A stretch of DNA of 64,000 nucleotides, from NCBI GenBank assembly GCA_013265495.1, contig MU058423.1, positions 1,937,061-2,001,060 of the forward strand, read 5' to 3'. Every line of letters begins with the position of its first letter. Positions within the stretch are counted from its first letter, which is position 1. Source of the stretch: Vicugna vicugna (lineage: Eukaryota). The position numbers and the translations under genes were made by a program. Of the stretch, positions 12,463 through 24,603 are shown in pieces. The notes below the pieces were generated by a model, which saw nothing but the letters and a program-made list of their open reading frames with translations, made no database searches and was not told where the DNA came from.

Positions 12463-12584
12463 GTTCGTCAACTGAATCAACTCTCTCTTGGATTTGTCAC
12501 AGGGATCTTCTGCATTATAAACAGTTCGTCAACTGAATCAACTCTCTCTTGGATTTGTCACAGGGATCTTCTGCATTATAAACA
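12463..12584 (+). repeat. Perfect 2 x 61-bp tandem duplication covering the SLC16A4 exon-2 acceptor
   Basis: gttcgtcaactgaatcaactctctcttggatttgtcacagggatcttctgcattataaaca at 12463-12523 and 12524-12584. Confidence 0.97.
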
Positions 12585-12591
12585 AAGCATC

Positions 12592-12675
12592 ATGAAGAGG
12601 GAGGGGAAGGCCCAATCTTACACGAAAACTCTGGATGGAGGTTGGGGATGGATGGTTGTGTTTCATTTCTTCCTG
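12592..12675 (+). CDS. SLC16A4: SLC16A4 (monocarboxylate transporter 5) coding exon 1
   Basis: MKREGKAQSYTKTLDGGWGWMVVFHFFL with the MCT-family DGGWGW motif. Donor CTG|gtaaga, phase 0. Confidence 0.95.
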
Positions 12676-14289
12676 GTAAGAATTTACCTTCCTCTTTCCT
12701 ACTGCCTGAAAGAAGGCTCTCTAGAGAAAATCTCAGAGCATCCTAACAAGATCACTTACGAAATCTTTGACATTTAAACAAAAAGGGGGTCAGAGCAAGG
12801 CCAGAAACTGCCAATGACCCCAAGAGAAAGCTGAAAATGTCCTCCCTGAATGAACGCAGAAGCCTCTCCATCCAGGCTCCTACCCCTCCTCCCTACCATC
12901 CCTTACACCTACCGAGTGCTCCAGCCACCATCAGCAGCTCTGCCCTGGCTGCATGGTAATTAGGATTTGGGACAATCATACATTTAACCACCCCAGAAGC
13001 AGCACTGGAAAGTGCTAAAAGGTGGGGGTTTGGAGGAGGGCAGCTCCCCACAACACTGCTGCAAGCAACTGCCTTCTCTCCTAGGGGCTTTTCTCTGTTC
13101 TGCCTGCTGTCTACTTCCCAGCCCATCTCCGCCAACCATAACTTATGCTAGAGTTAAGCCCAGTGTATATTTCTGTTATGCCTGAAAAGGGAGAGGATGT
13201 GGATTCTGAAACTGGAGCCTGATCTTTCTCCCTTATCCATTAAGCAACTGGACTCAGCACTCTGTTTTTTAATTAACTTCTTCCCTTCATCCTCCCAGAA
13301 GCTCTTGGGGTTGTTACATGAGACGGTGGTGAACTGAATCACCAGCATGGTCATTCTGATGGGACGGGTGAATCCCATCACAGCTGTACCCTAAACAACC
13401 CTGCAGAATGGCACCAGCTCCACAGTTCCTCTTAAGTGTTCCCAAGTTGTGTGAACTTCTAGATGTACTCACAAAGATACCCTTTCCCTCCTGACTCTCC
13501 TCCCAACCCTACAGTAAAGAAGCTCCCAGGGAGGCGAGTGCAGGTCCTGGTGACTAACAATCCTGCAGCCCACAATGCGGGTAACAGCGCAAGATAAACA
13601 GGACCTTAACGGGAAACACACCTCCTCTCCCTTGATAGAGGAGGGGAGGGGAGGGGCAGAGATCTTCGGCCAGGATTTATGTAATATGAAACTCCTAACC
13701 AGAGGACTATTGGTTAAACATTAGTTTCATTGCCAAAGAATGTGGAATCTATTTTTTCCTCCCAGAAATGTTACTAATAAGGAAACTAAGGATGCCCTAA
13801 GTCTGGGAGCCTTCCTGCGGCTGGGCCAGCCACCCCCCAACCCATCACAGGCTTTGCAGAACTGGCATTGCTGGTGAGGACCTCTAAATCTCCTACACTT
13901 TCCCCCAGTAACCACCATTCCTTTTCCTGCATTGTTCTCTGAGGATAGGAAGTTAATTGACCAACTTGCTGCTGGTAAGGAAAGTTGCCTAATAACCAGA
14001 TTAATAAACAATGTCCCACTTTTTTGGGTGGGATGCTGCCCCTCATAAAAGCACAAAAAATAACATTTTGGGGTCCTCAAAATGTTAACAATTAACGCAG
14101 ACTAATCACCCACAGTGGTAACATGGACACTTAGATGCTTTTTTGTCTGCATGAGTTACAAGTCTACTTTCCTACAATAGCTGAGCTCCTGAAAAGGTGG
14201 GTGAAAAACCCAATAATGACGTGTTCTTCGGGAACTCCCTACTTATATATATATTTAAAAAAAAAAAAGGACCCATTCTAACCACACTT

Positions 14290-15430
14290 TAACCATACTT
14301 TATAACTTATTTGCATGATTGTTTTCTGTATTCGGCCTACCTCACTGGACCAAATGTTTTATAAGGACAGGGGCCGTGTCTGTTTGCTCATCGCTATAAG
14401 CCCAGCCCTTAGTAAACAGCCTGGAACACAACAGACACTCAATAAATACCTGTTGATAGATGGGAGGATGGATGGATGGATGGATGAACTGATTGATGGA
14501 TACATTTATGAATAAACAAGGTGATAAATATGGAATTGGAGAGACGGGCAGGGACTTTGTAGGACATGGTAAGAATACTGGCTTTTCTCTTGAGGCTATG
14601 AGGAGCTTTATGAAAAATATTAAGCAGGGGAGTAATGGGGTCAGATCTGCATTTCAGGACCATAGCTCTGGCTGCAGGGTAGACAGATAATGGATTGGTG
14701 AAGGATAGGCCTATAAGCAGGGAGGTCCTCTAAAGAGATGCTGCAATAATCCAGCTGAGAAAAAGAGTAAGACTAGCAACCGGGATGGAGAGAAAATACA
14801 GATGGGAGCAATACTGAGGGAGCAGACTTGTTAGACTGGAAATAAGTGAATAGCAGGGAGACAGGGAGTCATGGAGGCCTGGGATGTTGGCTCGGGCACT
14901 AGGAGGATGATGTACGCCCTTCACTAAGTTGGACAACATGAGGAGAGAAAACCTGAAGATGGCTTGGATGGTTTAACTTTGGACACTTAAGTCTGAGGGG
15001 CTTGCGACATAACCAGTAACATGTTCAGCATAGACTGTGTGCATGTGGAGCACAGATCTGCATACTGAAATTTGTGTCATCAGCATACACAGCGATTTGA
15101 ACTATGTGCCAGTGTAGTAAAGTCACAAGGGAGAGAGAGATGGGAGGCTGGGACAGAACTCTGGGGAAACCTGATGTCTAGGGGACAGGTGGAGAGTGGC
15201 TCACAAGGGAAACTGAGCAGCAGAGAGGTTAGACAATTCAGAAATGTATGTAGCATGTAGTGTCACAGAAGCTAAGGTAGAAATATACAGAAGCAGCAGC
15301 AGATGCTACAGAGGCCAGATTTGATAGAAATGAAAACGAGGTGACAAGGAAGTTTCTGATAACCTTGATAAGAACTGGTACAGTGGAGTGGTGGGACGAG
15401 AGGAAGTAGAGATAACCTACTCTTTAAAGA
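14290..15430. mobile_element. L2-type fragments with a short (GATG)n tract at about 14466-14500
   Basis: L2 3'-end-like motif (ccttagtaaacagcctggaacacaacagacactcaataaatacctgttg) followed by purine-rich antisense L2-like body. Confidence 0.55.
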
Positions 15431-16512
15431 AGTTTGTGAAAGTCATGAAGAGCTAGGGTGATACTAGAAGAGGGACCTAAAGTAGAATGAAGTTGTTTGT
15501 GATTAAACAACAATTTTTGACAAAGCCTGATGCCATGTATTTAAAAGGTGCCACCGTGGCCAATCCTGCCCCCTTTCCCAAAACAATATTCTAATTTGAA
15601 TGATCTGGTGAGGGAGCTCCTACAATGGGAGTCGGGGTGGGAGGAAGGTTTATGAAGGGACTGGAGAATTTCTAGGGGCTTTTAGTTTGGGGTGAGTCCA
15701 TTTACAACGTCTGATGTGGGCTCTGGAACAGGACTGCAACCCACCAACCTTGGTCCAAAGAATGGGTTAACAGTATAATCTGGATTTATCTAGTCTGCTT
15801 AGTTAACTAAGAGAAAATCTAGACCTTGGGAAAAAAAGTTTTAATTATCTGAGTCAAAACAGAAACAAAATTAGAAGATTACAAGTTAAAAGAGGGAGGC
15901 AGGGTAGATACAAAGGCTGTGTCCTTGGCCTTGATACACACAGTGGAAGGCACAGCCCCAGTTATTAGAGACAAGTCATATCCACTTACTGCTGCTCTGC
16001 CCAGACTTCAAGGAAACACCAGAGAGGAAAGGTTCTGAACCGGGAGAGTACCAGTAGCTAGCCAAATTCTGGTGGCTTAAGAATATGAGGCCAGCATCCT
16101 GTAGATGCCAGCGCAGAACGCGTGTCCACAGAAAAAGAGGAATGGTATTTTACAGAATGATGCCTCATTGCAGTATTCCTTGCTCATTAGAGGGCACAAC
16201 CACCACTCTCTATTTCAAACTGTAAGAAACCAGTCTGGGTCATTTAAGGTTTGTATGTATTTTCTAGCCTTATCTCCTGATAAAGGCATTTTGAGGAACA
16301 TTATGATGACAAAGTGTCTGATAAAGTGCCTTTTTCATTTTTGAATATATCGCCCTGGTGTCCATAGCATTGTTCACTCTAAGTATGGCGAGACCTTTAA
16401 CTTCTATTAAACCAGAACGGGAAAAATATATTAAGGGACTACCTCCTCACCACTCCAACCTTTGCAACCTTGGAGTACCACCACTGATTCCTAGTCCCTT
16501 ACTCCAGACTTG

Positions 16513-16627
16513 TAACAGCCTAGTGATGAGGGTGGAGGGGGAAGGTCTGTTTAGTAGGAAAAGAATAATACAAGTCTGACATAACAGCCTAGTGATGAGG
16601 GTGGAGGGGGAAGGTCTGTTTAGTAGG
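16513..16627 (+). repeat. Perfect 46-bp direct repeat with a 23-bp spacer
   Basis: taacagcctagtgatgagggtggagggggaaggtctgtttagtagg at 16513-16558 and 16582-16627. Confidence 0.95.
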
Positions 16628-18162
16628 TAGGGGCTGAGGGAAGGAGGTGCTTAAGTGGAGGCAGGTCTCTGACTTGGGTGAGTGGGTGGACAGCACCAAA
16701 CAAGAGAAATTAAAAGAGCAGACATGGGATAAGGAAAAGATAAGTTTAGTTCTGGATAAGTTAGCCTGATTTAGAAAGATATGGTAGACAGCAAGTAATA
16801 TGAGACTGGAGCTCCTGGGAAAGCAGAATGGTTGTTCAAGATAACAAAATCATAGTTAATAATTTGACTATTAAGTGCTAAGTATTACTTTACCAGAATT
16901 TTCTCCATCTTCACAGTCCTATGAGCTAGGTGACATTTACTTTATCTCCACTCTACAAGAGAAAGCTTAACTTCCGCAGTTTGCCCAAGGTCATGCCCCT
17001 AGTAGGAAGCAGTCAGGATTCTAGCCAAGGCAGGCTGACTGCAGACAGAACACACTATTCACAACTACACCATGAATACAGGGGTGGTAATTAAAACTTG
17101 AATGATTGTCTGTGGGGCAGGCATAGAGTGAGATGTGTGCAGAACCACAGGGGAACATATTTATCAAGTGGACAGAGAAAGTGGAATCAGTGAAAAGGAA
17201 GCCAGGGTTTGTGGTCCTTTAGCAATGCATGAGCAGCTTGAAAGCAAGAGAAAGTAGCCTTGAAACACCGAGATCACCGAAAAAAGAAAAGGGGCCACTA
17301 GGTAGCCCCTGTAGCATCCATCAGGTGGCTCCTGGGCTTTGAGTGACTGCAGAGCCTGGTTAGGTGTCCTCCCTTCCAGTTCCCTTCCTGAACCCTGCTC
17401 TTCCCTGTCCTCATTCTAATCAGAATTCCAAGAAACAAATGTTAGTACTCCATTGAAAGCCGAACCTCAAAAGGAGCACTCCCCCTAGTGGAGGGAAGGA
17501 GGGTGGTGCGGGCAAGAAGGATTAAGTGGGATGAAAAGAAAAGGATGTGGCACATGACCCAACCATAATGTGACTATATATCCTCATTACCTTCGCTGTC
17601 CTGGCATAAATTAATAGCGCTACTTTTCACTCTCAAAGAGTTTCAACTGAATGATAAATTATACAGTTGCCCTATTTATATACCAGGTGAAGGAGGGTAC
17701 TCAGCTCAAAAGCAAAGTTAACACAAAGTTAACCTAAGAACTGACAGGAACAGTTCTTTTGGAACAACGCACATCGCTCACAAAGGTAACTGGAATTAGC
17801 TGTCTTTAACAGATACTATTGTAACAGGACAGTGCAGCAGTTCATCTATCTGGGTTCGAATCTCAGCTCTGGCACCCGCATCTTGAGCATATTTTAATCT
17901 AAATCTCAATTTACTGAGCTTCTAATACAATATTGACACACCTATTCCGTAGCCTGGTAATGAGGATTAAATGAGATGCTTAAAAAGTGCTTAGACACTA
18001 ACAGGATAATGGCCTCATAAACATAAATGTTTTAACGAGGAACCAGCAACGACCTGGTAAATACTGATGAGCCAGGGGAATCACAGCCTCCAGCAGCTGT
18101 AACCTCCTCTGTAATGGCTTACTCACCACCTGACTTGGAATCTTTGGTCTGCTCTGACTTAG

Positions 18163-18295
18163 GTAAATGTGTTTGTGATGGGGATGACCAAGACTTTTGC
18201 AATTTTCTTTGTGGTTTTTCAAGAAGAGTTTGAAGGCACCTCAGAGCAAACTGGTTGGATTGGATCCATCATGTCGTCACTTCGTTTTTGTGCAG
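18163..18295 (+). CDS. SLC16A4: SLC16A4 coding exon 2
   Basis: ag|[53 protein letters not shown]; donor CAG|gtataa; 133 nt. Confidence 0.95.
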
Positions 18296-19036
18296 GTATA
18301 AAGCTGGCAATAAGCTTCTTGTCCAAGGAGAAGGACCACAAAGGGCAATTCCAAGAAGACTCATCTGTCAGTCATTCAAGGCTGAAGCGTAGCTAAAACT
18401 CAGGTTTATTTATTAATATAAGTAAATAAATAGTAAGTAAAGCTGAGAAAAGGACTGACTTGCAGTGTTTAGCCTCCACCTGACATGGTACAACTGGAAA
18501 AGTTAGGGTTCAAACAAAGAAAGTTGAAGAATCCAACTATTTAATTCCATGATGCAATCATGCCTTATTTCTTTCAAAAGTGCCTTAATAGAGGTTCAGT
18601 GAGCCAGTCTCTCAACTGGGAAGTCTGACCATGAAATTCTGATCTGATCATTTGAGCATGCTCATAACAAAATACAAAACCAATTCCTCTTCCTTTAGTT
18701 CTAGTTGGAGCTGTAACATGATGAAATAGATTTAATAACTGAACTCTGTTCTAGCCACAGGTCACTAGATGCAACCCTTTTGCAGAGGTTTTATAACGAA
18801 TTTCCAGTAAGCTTCCCTTCCAAACCTTATTTACAATCCTCTTTAAAACAAACAACAAAACTCTTCTTCCAAAAAGCAAAACAGTGTGGGACTGGGAATA
18901 CTAATAAACACAGTACAGACACTTTTTGAAGGATACCAGAAATAGAGTCCTGTTATTTCCCTAGAGTTGACCATTTAAATTGCACACCATAAGGAATGCC
19001 AGAGCACATTTAACTAGTGTTTGTTTCTTTCCCAAG

Positions 19037-19180
19037 GTCCCCTAGTTGCCATTGTTTGTGACGTAACTGGAGAAAAATCTGCGTCCATTCTTGGGGCTTT
19101 CCTTGTTACTGGTGGATACCTGATCAGCAGTTGGGCTACGAGCATTCCCTTTCTTTGCGTGACTATGGGATTTTTACCTG
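19037..19180 (+). CDS. SLC16A4: SLC16A4 coding exon 3
   Basis: (G)PLVAIVCDVTGEKSASILGAFLVTGGYLISSWATSIPFLCVTMGFLP; ag/gtgagt boundaries; 144 nt. Confidence 0.95.
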
Positions 19181-19338
19181 GTGAGTCCGTGGTAATAATA
19201 AGATTTTAAAAGATGGAACTAGGAACCTTCCCTTTTACTGTCCATGAGTCCAAAAGGCCTACTTATATCATCTCAGGTCCAGGAGTACCAAGCCTCTTGA
19301 CTTGAAAGTGATTCCAAGCTATTATGTTTGTCTTTTAG

Positions 19339-19500
19339 GTTTGGGTTCCGCTTTCTTGTACCAAGCAGCTGCTGTGGTAACTACCAAATACTTCAAAAAA
19401 AGATTAGCTCTTTCTACAGCCATTGCCCGTTCAGGGATGGGACTGACCTTTCTGTTAGCACCCTTTACAAAAGTGCTGATAGATCTCTATGACTGGACAG
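19339..19500 (+). CDS. SLC16A4: SLC16A4 coding exon 4
   Basis: (G)LGSAFLYQAAAVVTTKYFKKRLALSTAIARSGMG...LYDWT with the MCT YFxKR motif; 162 nt. Confidence 0.95.
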
Positions 19501-20762
19501 GTGAGTCATTCTAAGTTTCTGAACTACCAATTCTGCAAGATTTAATGTTCAGTTCTCCCTTTGACGACTAGAGAAGTGGGCATGATTTCTAAAGTAAACA
19601 TGCTCCTCTTTCTTGAAGAATATGTGGCAAAAGAGATCCTGAATTACCTGCAGGCTTTGCTAGCCCACACAGGCAACTCAGGGGTTCAGGCTGCGGGGAT
19701 GGAGGGCAACGTGTGTGGCTGGGGAAACCCCTCACAGGGAAAGCAGGACTTGTGGGGAAACAAGGACCCTCTCCTCAAGGCATTCTTCTCCCTCACCAAA
19801 GCATTTTTTTCAAATTTTCCCTTTAAGAAAAAAAACCTGCATTTAAAAAAAAGTCTCTGCCATCAGATTCACTACAATAGATGGGAAAAAACTGTGTAAC
19901 AAAACAACTGTGTTCCTTAATACTTAATCTTTTATATACTGTCAACTATAAATTTTCACAAATGAATAAAAAATCATTTACCCTCCAACTTTCTTCATAT
20001 CTGAGATAAAACATTTGGATTAAAATAATCTCAAATTATTAGAAAAAATCTATTCATATGTACACACATATGAACATATATAAGCTACTCCTATCCACAG
20101 AGCAGTTTTGTTGAACCTTTCCTTTCCTTTCCTCATAAAAAACTACCACTTGTCTCATGGTGAACAGGACTGGCTGACAAATCCGTAAGACAGGACAGCA
20201 GAACCTACAACCAGTTCTGTCTCTAGAAGCAACACACCCACGTCACAGCTTTGGTCACGACATGCTGAAGTCAAGCAACTACTCAGCTTCAAAGGCACCA
20301 TGGCATCTGTCTTCTTTCAAGGAAATTTAAAATGTCATGAGATGAAAGGCTCTCTCCAAAGATTTCCAAATGATTCCCATCACCAGTTCTGTATTTTCTC
20401 TACTTCAGGATATTTAAAACACACTGTAGTTTTCTAACATTTAAACTATGACTCCCCTCCCCCACCCATTTTTCCCCCTTTAGCAATAACTCTCCTTCCA
20501 TGCCACATATTGGTGCAGCTTTCCAAGTTTCCTATCTCCAAAGGACTCCTTTTTTCACAAAGATACAGAAGCGTGTATGGCTAACAGTTAAGTCAATGGA
20601 TTTTAAAACTTTCAGCTAATTCAAGGACAAAGGAGTGTTTTCAGGAATTACTGCAATATGACTTAATATTTAGTGGTGGGGCCTCTTCTGAGCCTAAGAA
20701 TACAGAGTATTGTGAAATGAGAGGTAATTTTGAGTTTAACTTCTCAATTTCTCTCTATTCAG

Positions 20763-21281
20763 GTGCGCTTATATTATTGGGAGCTATCACTTTGCATCTG
20801 GTGCCTTCTAGTATGCTCTTAAGACCCATCCACATCAAAAGAGAGAGCAATTCCACTCTTAATGATAAAGGCAGCAGCCTGTCTGCAAGTGGTCCAGAGA
20901 CAGCACGTGGGACAGAAACATCATGCTGCAATGAGATACAAGAGTCAGCCCTCAGAGACAGTACTAAGCAAAAGGCTGGACAACATGGTATAAGTTTAAC
21001 AGTCTCACATAATCAAAATGAAGACTTCAACAATGGGCCCAACAGGAACAGGATGTTCCTAAAAACTAATGAAGAAAGTTATGGGAAAAAGGCTATTTCA
21101 TGGAGCTGTAAACAAAAACTCTTTGATGTTTCTCTTTTTAAGAATCCTTTCTTCTACATATTCACGTGGTCTTTCCTCCTCAGTCAGTTGGCATATTTCA
21201 TCCCTACCTTTCACCTGGTAGCCAGAGCCAAAACACTGGGGATTGACATCATGGATGCCTCCTACCTTGTTTCTGTAGCTG
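20763..21281 (+). CDS. SLC16A4: SLC16A4 coding exon 5 (includes the large cytoplasmic loop)
   Basis: (G)ALILLGAITLHLVPSSMLLRP...DASYLVSVA; donor CTG|gtaaga; 519 nt. Confidence 0.95.
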
Positions 21282-21604
21282 GTAAGAAAGTCTTCTTCAA
21301 CCTCACCCTCAAAAGGAAAAATGAACTTAATTTTATAAAAACAATACATGTTATTAGAAAGCTGAAGAATAACAATTTTTTAAAAAAGCAGTTGTGGGAG
21401 GGCTGGTGGGAGTAGCAGGCCTTTCCCTCACAGAACTGTCACACACCTTACACACAGGCTCATCCTTAGCAGACACTGGACCCGAAACCAAGTCTTATTA
21501 ATTTTCCTATGTCAGGGTCTGTCTGACACAGGAGACACTAACTATTTGCTGGATACTGAACTTTGGAAAGCTGGTGCTCAGTGGTAACAGTCATTCTATA
21601 AACT

Positions 21605-21629
21605 AAACCAAACCAAACCAAACCAAACC
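21605..21629 (+). repeat. (AAACC)n microsatellite
   Basis: Five tandem AAACC units. Confidence 0.9.
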
Positions 21630-21639
21630 CTAGGTAGAC

Positions 21640-21880
21640 AGCACAGTGTAGTGCTTGAAAAGACTGGCTCTGGAGCTAGACTTTCCAGTTCAAGTTTCTG
21701 CTCTGTTATTTCCTCACCTTATGACCTTGGGCAAGTTACTTGCCTTTCGTGTCTCAATTTCCTCATCTGTAACACAGGGATAATAGAAGCTACTCTCACA
21801 AGGTTATTAGGGTTAACCAAGGAATGCATGTAGAGTTTAGAACAGTGCATGGACATCATAAGCATTCAGTAATGTTCTGG
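21640..21880 (+). mobile_element. MIR SINE, near full length
   Basis: tgaccttgggcaagttactt...tctcaatttcctcatctgtaa core. Confidence 0.85.
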
Positions 21881-23229
21881 TAATATTCATAGCTATGCAT
21901 TTTTCCCCCAAATTCATAAACAGTAAGACAGATAAATATGCCTACTAAGACTAGTTACTAATGAATTGGCTGAAATTTAAAATAAACTAGAATGAAAAAT
22001 AAAAATCATCATTTTAATTGAGCACTTATAAAAACATATGGAAACACAGCTTGATCCAGAAGATGTGGATTCTCTAAACTGACAAAACAGGGAGTCTGAA
22101 AAAATGAAAAAGAATGAAATGGAACTGGTTTGCTCTAACTGGAAGTTTTCAGTAGTTCAACATTAACTCTTCTCTTGCTAATTTCTTGAAAAGACTATTT
22201 ACCAAGCCCTTGCAAAAGTGACTGCACCCTGTTTCCAACTGCAATGACACTGCTTCAGTCAAATAAAGCCTGTGTACACAAGAAAAAGATACAAAGGATA
22301 CATAGCTAAACTGATTTTTTTTCACTAAAATGTCTGGAGTATGAATTTAGATCAGATTAGAGCTATACAACAGGACCAAAGAATATAACATAAAGTCTCA
22401 ATATGTATCCTAGGAAACAACTATACAAACAGATATGGAAATGGTAACATCCATTTTTTTTGTTCCTTTTTATGGAGCAATTTGTTTGAACCATAGAAAG
22501 AATTAGAAATATAAAACTGTAGCTCATGATCCTCTTGGTTAAAATCTCTTTAGTATTTAATTGCTAAATTAACTTACAATAGAATAAAGGATAGGAATGC
22601 TCTGTTATCATGAAACTGAGTGAAAAATGTTATTCTTAAATTTTATTCCAGTTACACCATAGCTCCAGTGTTCAAAAGATGATCTCCCATTTCCAGACTT
22701 CCTACATATTTTCAAGTTATGCATAACAAATTTCATATGCAATTAATAAGAAAGAGTCTCAACATCTATTTTTTTTTCAACATAAGACTTTATTACTTAT
22801 ACTCTGCTCTTCCACCATATGACTTCCCCAGGACACTAACCTGTGGGTCTACTTAAGAAATCTCACTTCCTCACCTGCAGGACCTCTTCAAGGGAGGCCT
22901 CCTGAGCCCAGGGTCCTTTGTAACCAGGTATTCCCAGTTTGGTGGTATGAGCTTTCCAAACACAATCAGGAAAAAAAAAAAAAAAACTTGATGGGTCCTC
23001 TACCCAACTCTGAAGGAGCGTTTTTAGTATTTTATTAGATGTGTTTGGAATAGGTCAGGAAATGATAGAATCTACTGACAGACAAATAAAACCATTTTTT
23101 TCCTCATATGTCCTCACCTCAGGATGAAGTCCTAATACTCAGGAAAAGATACCTTCTGCATTTACATTTTCCAAAGGGGCTAGGAAAATGGAATTTGGAG
23201 TTCATAAGGCCTTTTCAATATTGTTCCAG

Positions 23230-23441
23230 GTATCACTGAGACAGTCAGTCAGATTATCTCTGGATGGGTTGCTGATCAAAACTGGATCAAGAAGTATCAT
23301 TACCACAAGTCTTACCTCATCCTCTGTGGCATCACTAACCTGCTTGCTCCTTCAGCCACCACATTTCCACTACTTATGACCTATACCATCTTCTTTGCCA
23401 TCTTCTCCGGAGGTTACCTGGCACTGATACTTCCTGTACTG
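23230..23441 (+). CDS. SLC16A4: SLC16A4 coding exon 6
   Basis: (G)ITETVSQIISGWVADQNWIKKYHYHKSYLILCGITNLLAP...GGYLALILPVL; donor CTG|gtgagt; 212 nt. Confidence 0.95.
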
Positions 23442-24509
23442 GTGAGTAGATACATTCATTAATGTTCTAACACCATTTAGTAAAAAATTATTTAGATTAA
23501 TAATAATCTCCCCAAAAGAGAATACATATTTTCTATTAATTTTATAATTGAAAAAATCAAACCCAAGGCGTCAGAAACCCTGTAGCTCTATCCTATCCAG
23601 CTATTCATCTTACTCTGGGGGAAGGGATGACAAGAGGACCGCCCACATGGGACAGGATAGAAGTAAAAGCAAAATCAGGATCAGAAGGATTCCATTTTGC
23701 TTATCAGTCTCTCCCAGGTTAGGCTTCTGTTCACTTCTTTCCTTCAGAAACTTCTTTGGTTTTTTTCTAAGACACAATCTTAGAAGAGTTCCCCGAGAGA
23801 AAAAGGGGCTTCCTGACCTCCACTGGCTTCTCTCTCGTTGAGAGATACTTTAATAGGGACACTGAGCTTTTAACTCCTCTCCATTTTTAGCCCAAAGTGA
23901 CATAAAGTCCTAGACCCAAATGGAACTAAAATAGTTATACAAATACTTCTAGTTGTTCTAGGACCAGGGATACTTAGAACTAGGTCCCCAGTGCACTAGA
24001 ACTGAATCCCGGGGAAACTTTTGGCCTGATATCAATATTAGCATAAGTGCTACAGGATAGTATATGAGGCTTAAGCAAAAATCAAACTTTCTAAAGCTGA
24101 AATCAACTTCTTGAGATAATCTGATTTCTTATAAACCAATGGTTGGTACTCAGCCATAGGTGGATTCAGGAATATCACTGTCAGTTCCGACTGTAAATAA
24201 CATGTCCTACTAGAGAAGAGCAGTTAGGTTCAGGGGAAAAAAGGACCCATGAGCCAACTGAAAGATTTAAAAAAGGAAACAAAAACCAATGTTCTTTATA
24301 AATAAAATGAAAACACTGCTTAGTGAAATTACTGTTCCCTATTTGCCTCAGCTTTTTCATAAGATCAGCATAAAAGGCCATCCAAGCCACCTTAGAAGTC
24401 AACTGTTCACAGTTTAGGATGACAGACACAGTATTTGCCCCTTTGTAGGAACGGATCTCTACAGAATTTCACCCTGCATATGGCTAACACTGGATTCTAA
24501 TCCCTACAG

Positions 24510-24603
24510 GTTGATCTGTCTGGGAATTCTACAGTACACAGGTTTTTGGGGCTTGCCAGTTTCTTTGCTGGGATGGCTGTCCTTTCTGGACCACCTTTAG
24601 CAG
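24510..24603 (+). CDS. SLC16A4: SLC16A4 coding exon 7
   Basis: VDLSGNSTVHRFLGLASFFAGMAVLSGPPLA; donor CAG|gtaaca; 94 nt. Confidence 0.95.

Noticed and set aside
12367..12777. 136-aa ORF as an N-terminally extended MCT5
   Set aside because: The upstream part is intron 1 and the downstream part runs past a canonical donor at 12675/12676. Only 12592-12675 is MCT-like.
16513..16627. CRISPR-like repeat-spacer-repeat
   Set aside because: Only two repeats, in a mammalian intron, with no cas genes.
20717..21415. 232-aa stand-alone ORF
   Set aside because: It is the 519-nt SLC16A4 exon plus in-frame intronic flanks.
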